From Octopus vulgaris (taxonomy: Eukaryota), in assembly GCA_951406725.2 (NCBI GenBank), contig OX597827.1, forward strand, positions 27,466,001-27,530,000: 64,000 bases of DNA, in the 5' to 3' direction. This document shows positions 26,564-40,263 of the stretch, piece by piece. The notes beneath the pieces were generated by a model. That model did no database searches, was not told where the DNA came from, and saw only the letters and a list, made by a program, of their open reading frames with translations. The stretch's first letter is position 1, and each line of letters opens with the position of its first letter. A program made the position numbers and the translations under genes.

Positions 26564-26975
26564 GGAGAGAGACTGACAGACAGACGGACAGAGAGAGAGA
26601 TAGAGAGAGAAAGAGGGAGGGAGAGAGAGACAGATAGACAAACAAACAAACGCACATACAGACACAGAAAGAGACAGAGAGAGAGACAGAGACTGATAGA
26701 CAGTCGGACAGACAGAAACAGAGAGGGATAGAGAGTAAAATACTGAGGGAGAGAGGGAAAAAGAGAGTGGGAGAGAGACACTGACAGACAGACAAACAAA
26801 CACATGGACAGAGACAGAGAGAGAGAGAAAAAAAGAGAGTGGGAAAGAGAGAGAGGGAAAGAGAAACGGACAGACAGACAAACAAAGAGACGGACTGACA
26901 GACAGAGAAAGGGAGAGAGAGAGAAAGAGAGAGGGGAGAGACCGACGGACAGACAAAGGGAGTGGAAGAGGGGAA
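26190..26975. repeat. About 800-bp degenerate GA/GACA purine-rich tandem array
   Basis: Alternating (GA)n and (GACA/AACA)n blocks. Confidence 0.9.
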
Positions 26976-27197
26976 GGCAGAAGAGCGGGGTTCAAGTATT
27001 TCTTATAAATCTGAAAGGTGAACTGACACAGTTTTTACGGTTAGGTACACAACATTCTCTACCCGGAATTTATTCCTTCTTCGGGTACTTAAGCATATAA
27101 ATACTACTTTTTGATGTACGAGCTCTTTGCTGTCGTCGTCGTCGTTGTTAGTGTTCTTGTTGTTATTGTTGATGTCGGTCGGTATTGTAGTCATTGC

Positions 27198-27490
27198 AGT
27201 GAAGGCCCGCGGCTTAGTGGTTAGGGCGTTCGGATCACGATCGTAAAGTCGTGAGTTGGACTCCTGACGGCGTGTTGCATCTTTGAGCAAAATACTTCAT
27301 TTCACGTTACTCCAGGCCACACAGCTAGCAAGACTGAGTTGTACCAGTAATTCAAACGGGACCACCCTTGTCACATTCTGGGTCATGCTCAATCTCCTTG
27401 GCAACGTCGTTATGGGTACGTTTGTATGTAGAATGCTTAACCAATTGCACGTTTTTAAACATCAAATGGCTCTGGGGGTCCACCAGAACA
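27198..27490 (+). mobile_element. tRNA-derived SINE (family 3)
   Basis: Head gtgaaggcccgcggcttagtggttagggcgttcggatcacgatcgtaaagtcgtgagttgg with A-box-like and B-box-like motifs. Confidence 0.8.
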
Positions 27491-27960
27491 GATTAATAAT
27501 CAAGGGGGCCCATAGGCACAAAATGGCTGAGAACCTCTGATTCCAATAATCAAAGAATATATCTTAATAGTTATCATCGGCTTATAAATTACAGAGATGT
27601 TATGTACACACAGTGCATTTAAAATTTACGACAGCTGTTTCGTTAGGATTATAAGTATTTAATCCAATTAATAATATGCATAATATATTCTGTTTTACAG
27701 AATTTAACCTTAATATTATTTTAATATGCTGCCACATTTTTTTTATGGAATTTTTTTTCTGTAAAAAAACTTCATCCTATATTAGTAGTAGACTTATTAC
27801 TATTCGCTATAGGGACTGGTAACCACTATAAGCTGTAGTGGAGGTGCTGAGGCTGACCAAAGGATTTTATTTTTAGATATATCTGGGGTACTTATATGTA
27901 CTCATGATTTTTGCTTCAGCTTTTTTCCATGGGCGCATGTAAGTATTTCATTTATTTCTT

Positions 27961-28036
27961 TTCGTATTTTCTACTGAAGAGGAAAAAATCTATTATGAGA
28001 TTAGTTCCGAAATTGATACAATATAGAAATAACGAA
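27961..28036 (+). ncRNA. Type I hammerhead ribozyme with intact catalytic core
   Basis: ttcgtattttcta-CTGAAGA(27974-27980)-ggaa..aatct..agatt..ttcc-GAAA(28009-28012)-ttg ata caa-TA(28022-28023)-tagaaataacgaa. Stem I is 6+5 bp with a 2x2 internal loop, stem II ggaa/ttcc, stem III 4 bp. Confidence 0.8.
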
Positions 28037-28235
28037 CTTTTAAACAAAATTCTATTGGTTGGCTTTCCTCGATTTCAGCTCTTCGTGTTTTCTGTAGCGA
28101 GTAAATAATATGTGGAAATTGACGATTTAAAGTATGTTATCAGCATATTGGCAAAGAAATAGTTTTCTTTAGCCCTTATTTATAAGTTGTTTATACATAT
28201 ATATGTATATATACATGTATATATATATATATATG

Positions 28236-28309
<74 letters not shown>

Positions 28310-28317
28310 CATACACA

Positions 28318-28715
28318 TGCGTGGCTGCGTGGTAGGAAGCTTGCTTCCCAACCACATGGTTCCGGGTTCAATCCCACTGCGTGGCACATTGGGTAAGTGA
28401 CTTCTACTATAGCCTTGGGCCGACAATAGCCTTTGTAGTCATTGCAGTGAAGGCCCGCGGCTTAGTGGTTAGGGCGTTCGAAAAAAGCCCATCGTATGTG
28501 TGTGTGTGGGTGTCTTTGTGTCTGTGTTTGTCCCCTCACCATCGCTTGATAACCGATGTTGGTATGTTTACGTTCCCGTAACTTAGCGGTTCGGCAAAAG
28601 TCACCGTTAAAATAAGTAGCAGGCTTAGAGAGAATAAGTCCTGGGGTCAATTTCTTCGACTAAAGGGCGCTGCTCCAGCATACCCGCAGTCAAACGATTA
28701 AAACAAATAAAAGAA
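28318..28715 (+). mobile_element. Near full-length SINE family 1 with a 48-bp foreign patch
   Basis: tRNA-like head and 3' body are intact. 28433-28480 is identical to 27185-27232. Confidence 0.85.
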
Positions 28716-28886
28716 TCTCTCTCTCTCTCTCCCTCTCTCTATATATATGTATATATATATGTATGTATATATGTGTATATATATATATATGTATATATAT
28801 ATGTGTATATATATATATATGTGTATATATATATGTGTGTATATACATTATATATTCGACTTTTGCTTTTTTTCGTAAACTCCCCC

Positions 28887-28920
<34 letters not shown>

Positions 28921-29760
28921 CTTAAGATCAACTTTACTACAACACAAGATAGCTTTGGGCAGAAGACAGAACTACCAGCTGCGGGTCAACTAGAATCAGT
29001 GACCAACGGCAGTCATGTTCACCGTTTCAAGTGTTTTGCGATGTTCTTAATGAAATTCCAGACTCGACTGGACAGGCAAGAAAACACAGTCTGTCGTCTG
29101 TTCCCGCAGAAACGATTCCGAGGGGAAGAGACCAATCAGTGGACAGACAGAAACAAGAATGTCATTTGTTCCAAGAAGGTATAAAAAAAAAAAAAAAAAG
29201 AAACTAAAGAGAAACGGTTCTGTGAGGGAAAGAGGCCAATAAACATCGTCTCAAGAAACAGCTTCATTTGACAGTTCACAACCAAACCTATCTATCATGA
29301 TATTAGTCCGAATTGATCCGACACGTAAGACTTGTATTAGGTTTGTTTTGCTGTGTTGTGTTGTGTTTTTCTCAGTGTTGTTTTATGATGTCGGTTGTTT
29401 GTGCTGTATTGCCTATTGATCGGCCGATATGCTGTTTCTGCTGTTGTTGTTGTAGTTGTTGTTGCTCTTTGCTTTGTTTGCTTTTTTAGGAAAGTAAGTT
29501 TTGAGGTTGCAGGTTTTTTCCGGTATTTTTATTTTTATATTGAATAGTATAGTTAAAATGTTTCCTATATGCTACCCAGTTCGCACGCACGCATATAAAT
29601 ACACACATAAGCACACACACAGACACACACATATCTATTTGCTTAGGGACACACATAGACGAACGCCTTCACATACGTACACGCACAAAAACATACACAA
29701 ATACCTATATATGTATATATTCTTACACATATATACTTATATGTTTATATGCATATTTAT

Positions 29761-29795
<35 letters not shown>

Positions 29796-30872
29796 TATAT
29801 ATATATATAAACGTCTATGCGCGCGCGTGTGTGTGGCCTTGTGATGAAGATGCACATTCCTATGTATGTATATATATGTATACATATGCATACTTACTTC
29901 TATACATATATGTATGTATATACATATATAGCTGTGCAAATATATACAACGTGGCTCCAGGTTCGATTTCATCGCGCTGTTCCTTGGATGCATAAGTAAC
30001 AGCTACGGTTCAACCTAAATATTGGATATGGAATTCGGTAGAGAGAAACTCTGTGTGTGTGTGGGTGGAGGGGGCTTTCTATAAATGTTGTTTCTGTTTC
30101 TGGACGAGTGACTTAATTTCTTACCCAGATTAAGTCAACTATCTGGCAACTTAAGCATTAACTTCCAGAGTATATAGATGTTTCGGCGACTACTCGTCTC
30201 TTATGACTCTGTAGAATGAGAAAGAAGATCGAGTATAGAGTTCTCTTCTATATATATATAGCTTTAAAATGTTGGTAGCAATTTTTTTGGGCCAACAGAT
30301 ACGCTTAAAACTTAGAAGACAGAAATTAATCTAATTCAACCATTTATTCAATGAAACTGCTTAACGACTTTTCAGATTTTAATTGCGTCATTAAAAAATA
30401 TGAATCTTGATTGTTTCCCAAAATATATATCAAGATTATATTTATGTTCCTATCATACCTCAAAATAAGTTTATACACATGGAAACATACAAGTATGCGC
30501 ACGCATATATAAACGACAACACGCTTATGCTTGGAAACGTACATAATGGGTACGAAAATAAACCGAAGAAACACGTGAAAAAAAACGAGAATTGCGGAAT
30601 GGAATTCAGATGGGGAGGTCATGGATATGTATGGCGAAGACATTTTTGACAATAGGAAAGGACTGTTCTGTAATTCATGCATTAGAGGAGATCGATCAAA
30701 ATTATAACCGGAGCGTGTGTTCTTTATAATTTGCTGAGAAAATGAAATTTCCAATGTACAACACATATACAAGTATGTACACATGCGCATATATATACGT
30801 ATACACACATACATATATATAAAAATGTGCATTACAAATACATGTACATATCTATGTGTGTCTGTCTGTTTG

Positions 30873-30949
<77 letters not shown>

Positions 30950-32636
30950 GGAGAAGTAAGCCCATGCCGTCCACCAGCGCCTCCGTTGTGGGACGCTGGA
31001 CCGACGGTCCGGTCGAGTTGCTCGGGGTCTGGTTCGGTCCGGACCTCCAAATGGAGAAGAACTGGAACGAGATAATGAGTAGGGTGGTCACTCTCGCCCG
31101 GCAATGGGCCGAGAGGAAACTGTCCCTAAAAGGTCGGGCGGAGGTGGCGAACACGTACATCGCATCCGTCATCTACTACCGCCTGACCGTCGTGCCTTGT
31201 CCCGACCCTACCATCACCAAACTAGAACGCATTCTCTTTCGCTTCTTGTGGCAAGGATGCGTCCCGATGGTCAGGCGATCCATTTGCTGTCAACACCCGT
31301 TAAAAGAAGGACTGGGCATGCCGTGGTTGATGATGCGCAGACACACGCTGAGGCTGCGACATCTCAGGCTCTTCGTAGACGACGGTGAACAGGTGTGGTC
31401 GCCGTTTGTGAGGCACGCTTTCCCGCAGCTCGTCTCCATGACCGAACTGCAATCGTGGATCAAAAAGAGGCCGAGGAATGGCGAATGGCACCGCGAGTGT
31501 CGCGTTGCCCTCAAGCAACTCTGCCGTCCTGGGTCAACCTTGAGTGACTCCATCACAACCAAAGCATTCTATAGGGGATTAGTGGAGGGGAGGTACGACG
31601 ACGAGCTCGGGGCGAACCTGGACGTCGACGAGGAGTACCTGACCCGCCTGTTCGGGACGACTTTCGGGCCAGGGCCCATGGACAACTTCCAGAGATCCCT
31701 GGCCTGGCAGTGCTACCGAGAAGCGCTACCCGTTCGGGATAAGCTCTACAGACACGGCTCGAGAAACACGGGGCCGACCTGCCCGAGATGCAGGAAGAGC
31801 GACGAAACCGTTCTGCACGCACTCGTGCAGTGCCCTACAATTTCCGACCTGTGGGCTTATGTCGAACAACTGCTGTCACGTGTGGGACGAGTCGGTTTAT
31901 CAGCTGAGTCTATCGTCAATATTGTCACGCCTCCTTCCTTCAAACGGGAAGAAGAGCTATTTTCATCATCCTTGTGGCTATGGCGAAAGAATGTATCTGG
32001 TGGACGCGTCTGAAAGGATTGGAGACAAACACTTTCCTCTCTGGTCAACCTCTCATCAACTTCTTCAAGTACCACTTGAAAAGGAAAGTGAGAGTCGAGA
32101 GGCAAGTTTTGTCTTGCGAACGTTTTAAAAAAAGATGGGTGAATGTAGCAAGGATGGCACGTATGAATGACGAAGCTACCTTGAGCATAATCCTATGAAC
32201 CCAGAAATTGAAAACAGAGGGTTACCCACTTGCAAACAAATGTGGTAACATATAACAATATGGTCTTTTTCGTAGGCTTTTCTTCCCACGGATAAACCTT
32301 ACTTGCTTTCCCCTTTACACCATACATCATGACACTGTGATACACGATCCCTATTGATCGTTTTTTTTCCTCTCCCCCTTTTTTCCTCTTTTTTCTTCCT
32401 GTTTCATTTTTCTTTTCTTTTTTCCCTTTTTTCTTTTTTTTGTTTTCCCTTTTTTTCTTGTTTTTTTTCTTTTTTCTTTTCATTTTTTTCCTTTTTTTCT
32501 TTTTCTTCTTTTTTCCCTTTTACGATCCCTTTTGATCGAAAACCTACGCCAACTATTTTTTTCTCCCTCAAAAGAAAAGCTCTACCTTGTAACTTGTCCC
32601 ATCTGTGTGCAGCCCTGTGTCGCCAATAAAGAAACT
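30950..32636 (+). mobile_element. 5'-truncated L1/Tx1-clade LINE inserted in (TATC)n
   Basis: Post-RT motifs LLGVWFG, W..RKLSLKGRA, EGLGMP and a zf-RVT-type CPRC..ETVLHALVQC. One frameshift near 31950, stop at 32198, T-rich 3' UTR, AATAAA at 32625-32630. (TATC)n on both sides. Confidence 0.85.
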
Positions 32637-32646
32637 TATCTATCTA

Positions 32647-32723
<77 letters not shown>

Positions 32724-32763
32724 ACTATCTGTCTGTCTGTCTGTCTGTCAGTCTGTCTCTCTG

Positions 32764-32801
<38 letters not shown>

Positions 32802-32830
32802 AGTCGATCGATCGGTCTATCTATCCATCC

Positions 32831-32920
<90 letters not shown>

Positions 32921-33095
32921 AAAATCATACACGGTATATATACATACACAAACACATACACATACACATATATAAATACATATATATGTGCACACAGACC
33001 AGACAAAACTGCTGCAACGCTGTTTTGCTCATGATGGCCAAAATAAACAAAAGAAACAGCATAACTAAATACACACACACACACAGGCACAAATG

Positions 33096-33132
<37 letters not shown>

Positions 33133-33423
33133 ACGCACACACACACAAGCACACACGCATACATGCACACACACATATATATATGCAGGTTACACACGCG
33201 GCTGCATAAGAACCAATGTTTTATATCCTTTCTCCAGCGAAATTATAGATTTTCTGTCCTGAAGTCTGTTATTTAATCAATTTATCACGTGTAAGTTCAA
33301 TGCCAGTCCCTGTAGACGGAATTCACACTTTCTGCTAGATTAAATATGTTGTTGCAAAGACAGGTGATGTATAAAGATATGTCTCAAGTCTTGGCTGACG
33401 AGCTATCACCTTTCAGCGTCTAT

Positions 33424-33518
<95 letters not shown>

Positions 33519-33525
33519 TGTATAA

Positions 33526-33579
<54 letters not shown>

Positions 33580-34160
33580 ATATATACACACACACGCATA
33601 CATATATATATGTATATTCTTGTGTATGTATGTATATATATATATATTTATATATATATATATATTCATATATATATATATATGTATGTATAGATAGATA
33701 GATTGATGGATGGATGCGCATACCACACTCCTGTGTATATTTGATTGCATGTGTGTGTGCAAGTATGCATTTATGCATGTTTGGGTGTGTTTTTATGTTC
33801 CTATATATATTCGGTTGTTGTTGTGTGTGAGTGTGTGTGTGTGTGTATGTTTGTTACTGTCCACCTGTCGGATTGCGTAGGACGTGTATATACGAGCATA
33901 CATATTTGCAATCACAAATACACATCACACAGTCGCACACAGAGTTATTGATACCCTCTGGGCGAAGAAATGGCATAACCTGTAAATCTCTATCTGGTGT
34001 GTGGCTTTTAGACGGGTGTCTACCTGTGTACCCCGTGACTTTTCAGACATAGCTGACCTCTGTCAACATTATAACAACGACCACAGTCCCCCCAGCACTC
34101 CCTCCCTCTCTTTCTACCTGTTAACTCCTCCTTCCCTCACAATATTTCTTTCTCTCCATA

Positions 34161-34208
<48 letters not shown>

Positions 34209-34454
34209 GTCCTCTCACTGACCATTTTTTTTTTATCTGAAACGAATTGCAGGCCGATTCACAAGCACAAAATCGGGCGCATCAACAATTCTCAATCGAT
34301 ATTTTCTTGCTAGAAATAGTTACCAAAATCTCTCTCACGTCACAACCTACCATCTAAAACAGATCTCTTTAGATATTGAGGCCTTCAGTGCACTAGAATT
34401 AGAAATAATACGGTACGGCCACGGCTGGAGAGTTGACCTAGGGCGATACTAAAC

Positions 34455-34628
34455 ATTTTTTGAAAATTTTCTCTCCTTGTTTCTTTCTGTGTTCCTTTCT
34501 GTGGAAGAGTGAAGGCACGAAACGTAAAAGACTTTCTCACTTCCCGAGCGTCAAACTAATACATTTTTTGTTGTTTACGCACCTGTCTACTTCTTTTGTT
34601 TTGTTCATTTTTTTTTGTAAATCCCAAC

Positions 34629-34630
<2 letters not shown>
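34455..34630 (+). mobile_element. Penelope-like pLTR fragment with minimal hammerhead variant
   Basis: cttt-CTGTGGA-aga-gtg aagg cac-GAAA-cg-TA-aaag at 34495-34530, followed by (TA)n. Confidence 0.6.
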
Positions 34631-34689
<59 letters not shown>

Positions 34690-34810
34690 CGTTGCTACTA
34701 TGTTAAACTGTCGTATGTCCAAATTTGGCTACATGCGTTTTTTTAAATATTCATTTATGTACAAATATGGTGGTGTCTACTTTTATGTAGAGTCTGACCA
34801 CCTCTGGTAC

Positions 34811-35131
34811 CTACACTTTAGATTCAACATGGCGTCTGATGTGGCTTTTTAGACCAGACAATGTATTAAAAAGACACCCACATAGATTGCATATCCGTTT
34901 TGGACCACCAAGAGCTGCAGTTAAGTTCTGATCTTTGAGGATTTTTAAATGTCTTTTGGCGCCTCCGTTAGAATTGCAGAACTTATGGCATACACAGCAT
35001 TGAAAGAGGTACACAGGCATATAGGCAGAATAGTTGGCGGAAAATCGTTTTCCATGGGTTCGCAAATGAGATTTGAGCCCAGCAAAAGAAAAGAGTGGTC
35101 TGTTACAAACTCTGCACACAAAAACGGTCAC
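34811..35131 (-). pseudogene. Three tandem C2H2 zinc fingers, probably the C-terminus of a LINE
   Basis: CRVC..AGLKSHLRTH, CCVC..AKRHLKIL (decayed), CNLC..SGLKSHIRRH. No TGEKP linkers. Abuts (TA)n at its 5' end. Confidence 0.6.
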
Positions 35132-35150
35132 TGAGATTCACCCTCTCAAT

Positions 35151-35235
<85 letters not shown>

Positions 35236-35394
35236 GTGGCTGTGTGGTAGGAAATTTCCTTCTAAGCCTCAACGTTCGAGTTTGAGTCCAACAGCCTACG
35301 GTGTCACGCAATGAGACTATTATGACCTTAAGCCTTGTGAGTGGATTTGAAAGACGTAAACTGAATGAAGCTTGACATGTATGTAAATAAATAA

Positions 35395-35474
<80 letters not shown>

Positions 35475-35519
35475 CTGTGTGTGTGTGTGTGTGTACGTTT
35501 GCGTGTGTGTGCATGTATG

Positions 35520-35765
35520 ACGAGCGTAAAGATGAACGAAATGCCGCTAAGCATTTTGCCCGGCGTGCTAACGAATCTGCCAGCAACGATACAACAGTGA
35601 TAATAATAATCCTTTCTGCTAAGAGCACAAAGCCTGAAATCTGATGGGGCGGGGGCTAGTCGATAACATCAAACCCAGTGTTTCGCTGGTACTTCATTTA
35701 TCGACCCCGAAAAGATGAAAGATGAAGTCGGCCTCAGCGAAATTTCATCTCAGAACGTAGCAGCC
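35520..35765 (-). mobile_element. SINE family 2 fragments
   Basis: Reverse complements of the family 2 head (35535-35585) and body (35620-35765). Confidence 0.7.
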
Positions 35766-35864
35766 GCCTTGATGATGATGATGATAATGACGACGACGAT
35801 AATGATGATGATGATAATAATGATGATGTACTACCAGACGGTCGGTCTCATTGCTTTCTCTGCA

Positions 35865-36428
35865 ATGATGCAGCACCAGGCAGTGGCTTTCATGGCTTTT
35901 GAATGCCCTTTTTGATCTTAACTGATTGGAAGTGTTATCATGTACATTGTTTTGTCTTGGTATAAAAGATGGGCTACAGCAAATATTCTGCTCAATACCA
36001 CAGATTTGCTTGTCAGTTGTTTGACTTTAACCAGTTGACCATATCCCTTAGTGGCTGACGATATGTGCATCTCTGACCACGAGCAGAAGTAGTGGGGGAG
36101 CATCATAGCCATGTGTTGCAAGGAATTCTTAGAGGTTTGGATAATTCACCTTTGGAAACATGAGTGGTTCGTTCATCATCCTCTAACAACCCTTATTCAG
36201 GGACGTTTGGAGTGGGAAGGGCTACTCGACCTGAAGAAAATTCTAACTGGGCCCCACCTGCATGGTCATGTACTGTTTATCTTGATATGAGATCACCATA
36301 TCGCGCACATTTGGTGGTGATGCATGTGCCTAGTGTACCCTAATCAGACGGGTAGTCATGATGGGTATACTGGGATTCGTATATTTTAGCCCAGTGTCAC
36401 TTTGATGGCATCCGCTGCTCTCCCACTC
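35865..36428 (+). mobile_element. About 550-bp (TAA)n-tailed element, plus-strand copy
   Basis: Reverse complement of 19513-20068, followed by long (TAA)n. Confidence 0.85.
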
Positions 36429-36444
36429 AATAATAATAATGATG

Positions 36445-36625
<181 letters not shown>

Positions 36626-37290
36626 GCAGTGATATATGATAAGTGCAGAATCTGTGGACAAAACGGTGAAGCCCTATGGCACATTACCAGCCAATGTACG
36701 CCACTAGCCCAGAAGGAATATATGTGACGCCACTACAATATAGCCAGGTTTGTCCATTGGACAATCTGCAACAAGTATGGACTTGACAGAGAAAAATATT
36801 GGTACGACCACAAACCTGAAGGCATCGTCGAAAATAGAAATGCAAAGATCCTATGGGGTTTTATGATTCAGTGCAACCATCAGACAGAGAATAGGAAGCC
36901 GGACATAGTTTTAATTGAGAAAGAAAACGAACTATGTTGGATCATAGATATAGCATGCCCAGCTGACAACAAGGTATGCAATAAGGAAGAAAGAAAAGTC
37001 GAGAGGTATGACAGGTTAGCTTGGGAAGTCAGGCAGTTGTGATCGATGAAAAAGGTAGCAGTAGTACCAATAATTGTTAGAGCCCTGGGAACAGTGAGCA
37101 ATAATCTCGAGAAGTACGTGGAATAAATAGGGGCTGCAATAAGTGTGGAGCACTTGTAGAAAACAACACTGCTTGGAAACGCTCGAATACTCGGGAAGGT
37201 GCTCGAAAAATAAGAGGTGCTACCTTAGTTCACTGGTAGCGAACACCTGACACTGTAGTACATATCCAGCATTAGAAGCTGTGCAAAGGC

Positions 37291-37291
<1 letters not shown>
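36626..37291 (+). mobile_element. R4/Dong-like LINE 3' fragment (subfamily C)
   Basis: CRICGQNGEALWHITSQC, RKPDIVLIEKENELCWIIDIACP, several stops. (TAA)n on both sides. Confidence 0.8.
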
Positions 37292-37378
<87 letters not shown>

Positions 37379-37654
37379 TTTTTTACTAAAGACACAAGGC
37401 CGGAAATTTTGAGTGGGGTGCAGTCAATTAGATCGACCCCAATACGCAACTGGTACATAATTTAAAGACTCTGAAAGACTGAGGAAGGGATAAGTCGATT
37501 AAATCGACCACGGAGGGATGAAAGGCAAAGTCAACCTTGGTAGAATATGAACTCAGAACGTAGAAATACCAGTAAGTATTTCTCTCGGCAATGATAACAG
37601 AATTTGGTGCATGAGGACAGCAAATGCCTATAATAATTGGTGCATAGGGAAGAG

Positions 37655-37940
37655 TAAGCTAAGATATAGACAAAATGGTTAAAGGAATTGAAATAGAATG
37701 CCTGGTAGAGCTCTAACAGAAAGTTTGTCTCTTAGGGAGAGCAAGGATTATCAGGAGGGATCTAAGCATTTGAAAGGCTGCCGAAAACTTGTGGATACCT
37801 AAGGTTACAAGCAGGGTACAGCTCGCATTCTAAGGAGAGTATTGTCTCTTTGAGTCACAGGGGAAGGCATAACTTGAAAACTTTGGTGATTTCAAGTAAA
37901 GAATGAACAGTAATTAAGAACTACTCGAGGATCTTTCATA
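37655..37940 (+). mobile_element. Short 3'-end fragments of R4/Dong-like LINEs
   Basis: KGIEIECLVEL*QKVCLLGRARIIRR matches the end of the 50850-51340 element. A second 3' end (ARILRRVLSL*) follows, then (AAC)n/(TAA)n. Confidence 0.6.
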
Positions 37941-38013
37941 AACAACAACAACAACAATAATAATAATGATAATAATAATAATAATGATAATAATAATAAT
38001 AATAATAATAATG

Positions 38014-38745
<732 letters not shown>

Positions 38746-38768
38746 TAATAATGATGATGATGATGATG

Positions 38769-38829
<61 letters not shown>

Positions 38830-38849
38830 TAATTAATAATAATAATAAT

Positions 38850-39870
38850 ATACAAGAAACAAGCACAGAAAAAGCTAAGCGCATGAAAACCCGTGCTAAA
38901 ACTGCTGCCTTAGATATTCTGAATGATAAATAGCAAGAAAAACCTCTCAATGGCAACTACCCAAAGTGAACGAATAATGCAGATGTTGACTAAGCCCTGA
39001 CCCATCAATGGCTAATGGCCTCTGGCTTAGATTCTGAAACAGAAAGGTTTATCATAGTAGCTTAAGATCAATGCCTACCTACAAGGAACTACCAGGCTAA
39101 CATATTAAAGAACGGCAGTAGACCAACATGTGTATGTCAACAACAAAATGAAACCATTGATCATGTTGTCTCCAAGTGCAGTCTTCTAGCGCCTACAGAG
39201 TATCTCAACAGGCATGATAGAGCTGCACAATATATTCACTGGGTAATTTGCCGAAGCCTGGACGTGCACCATGATGAAAACTGCTGGGAACACAAACCAC
39301 CTCGAGTGCTTGAAAATGACCACATCTCACTCCTCTGGAACTTCACCATTCAAACTGACAGAAAGATAGACGCGAATAGGCCAGACATCATATTGAAAGA
39401 CTTCAGACAAAAAACATTGATATGACTGTCCCAATCGATATAAACGTATCTGTCAAGACCTACCAAAAACTGAGCAAATATAAAGATCTTGAAATAGAAA
39501 TTGGCAAAATGTGGAACCTGAAGACTAAATCAATACCTGTTGTCATAGGTACCCTGGGAATGATAGCGAAAGGGACTGATTGCTACCTAACTCAGATACC
39601 AGGAAACCCCAAAATGGCAGAAATTCAAAAGATAGTGCTCATGGGAACTGCTCATATCCTACGCAAAATACTTTCTATGTAATCTCAAGTTTTAAAACAA
39701 ACAATTTTCGTATGGTTTTTTTAGACATACAACACTAAATACAAAACCAAATATATGGCACCCTATGCATAACAACAACATGAACTTCCAACTTGTTGTC
39801 TCTTGAGGTCTCTGGGTGAGACTTGGAGCCAGCTTGTGCAAATGTAAAGCATAAGTCAACCATAGAAAAA
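38850..39870 (+). mobile_element. R4/Dong-like LINE 3' fragment (subfamily B)
   Basis: Reverse-complement homolog of 17986-19020. ORF 39422-39682 is the RLE C-terminus. Flanked by (TAA)n. Confidence 0.85.
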
Positions 39871-39879
39871 TAATAGTAA

Positions 39880-39909
39880 TAATGACGAAGATGATGATGA
39901 TGATGGTGA

Positions 39910-39943
<34 letters not shown>

Positions 39944-39969
39944 GGTGGTAGTGGTAGTGGTGGTGGTGG

Positions 39970-40053
<84 letters not shown>
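39880..40053. repeat. (GAT)n/(GGT)n compound microsatellite
   Basis: Directly visible. Confidence 0.95.
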
Positions 40054-40054
<1 letters not shown>

Positions 40055-40208
40055 AATCTTTAATTAAAGTTGTACATAGAATGAAAAGAAAATTCTTTAG
40101 TGGTAACAGTAGTTCTGGTCAAAGGCAAGAAACACAACGACAAAATTGAGACTTATTAAAAATTGAATGTAGAGTGGTGTCAGCCAGTGGGTGTGGTATA
40201 TGACCTTT

Positions 40209-40263
<55 letters not shown>

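Noticed and set aside
27629-27645. Minus-strand GAAAcagctgTC (also GAAAcatcTA near 30180)
   Set aside because: No matching CTGANGA box found at a suitable distance.
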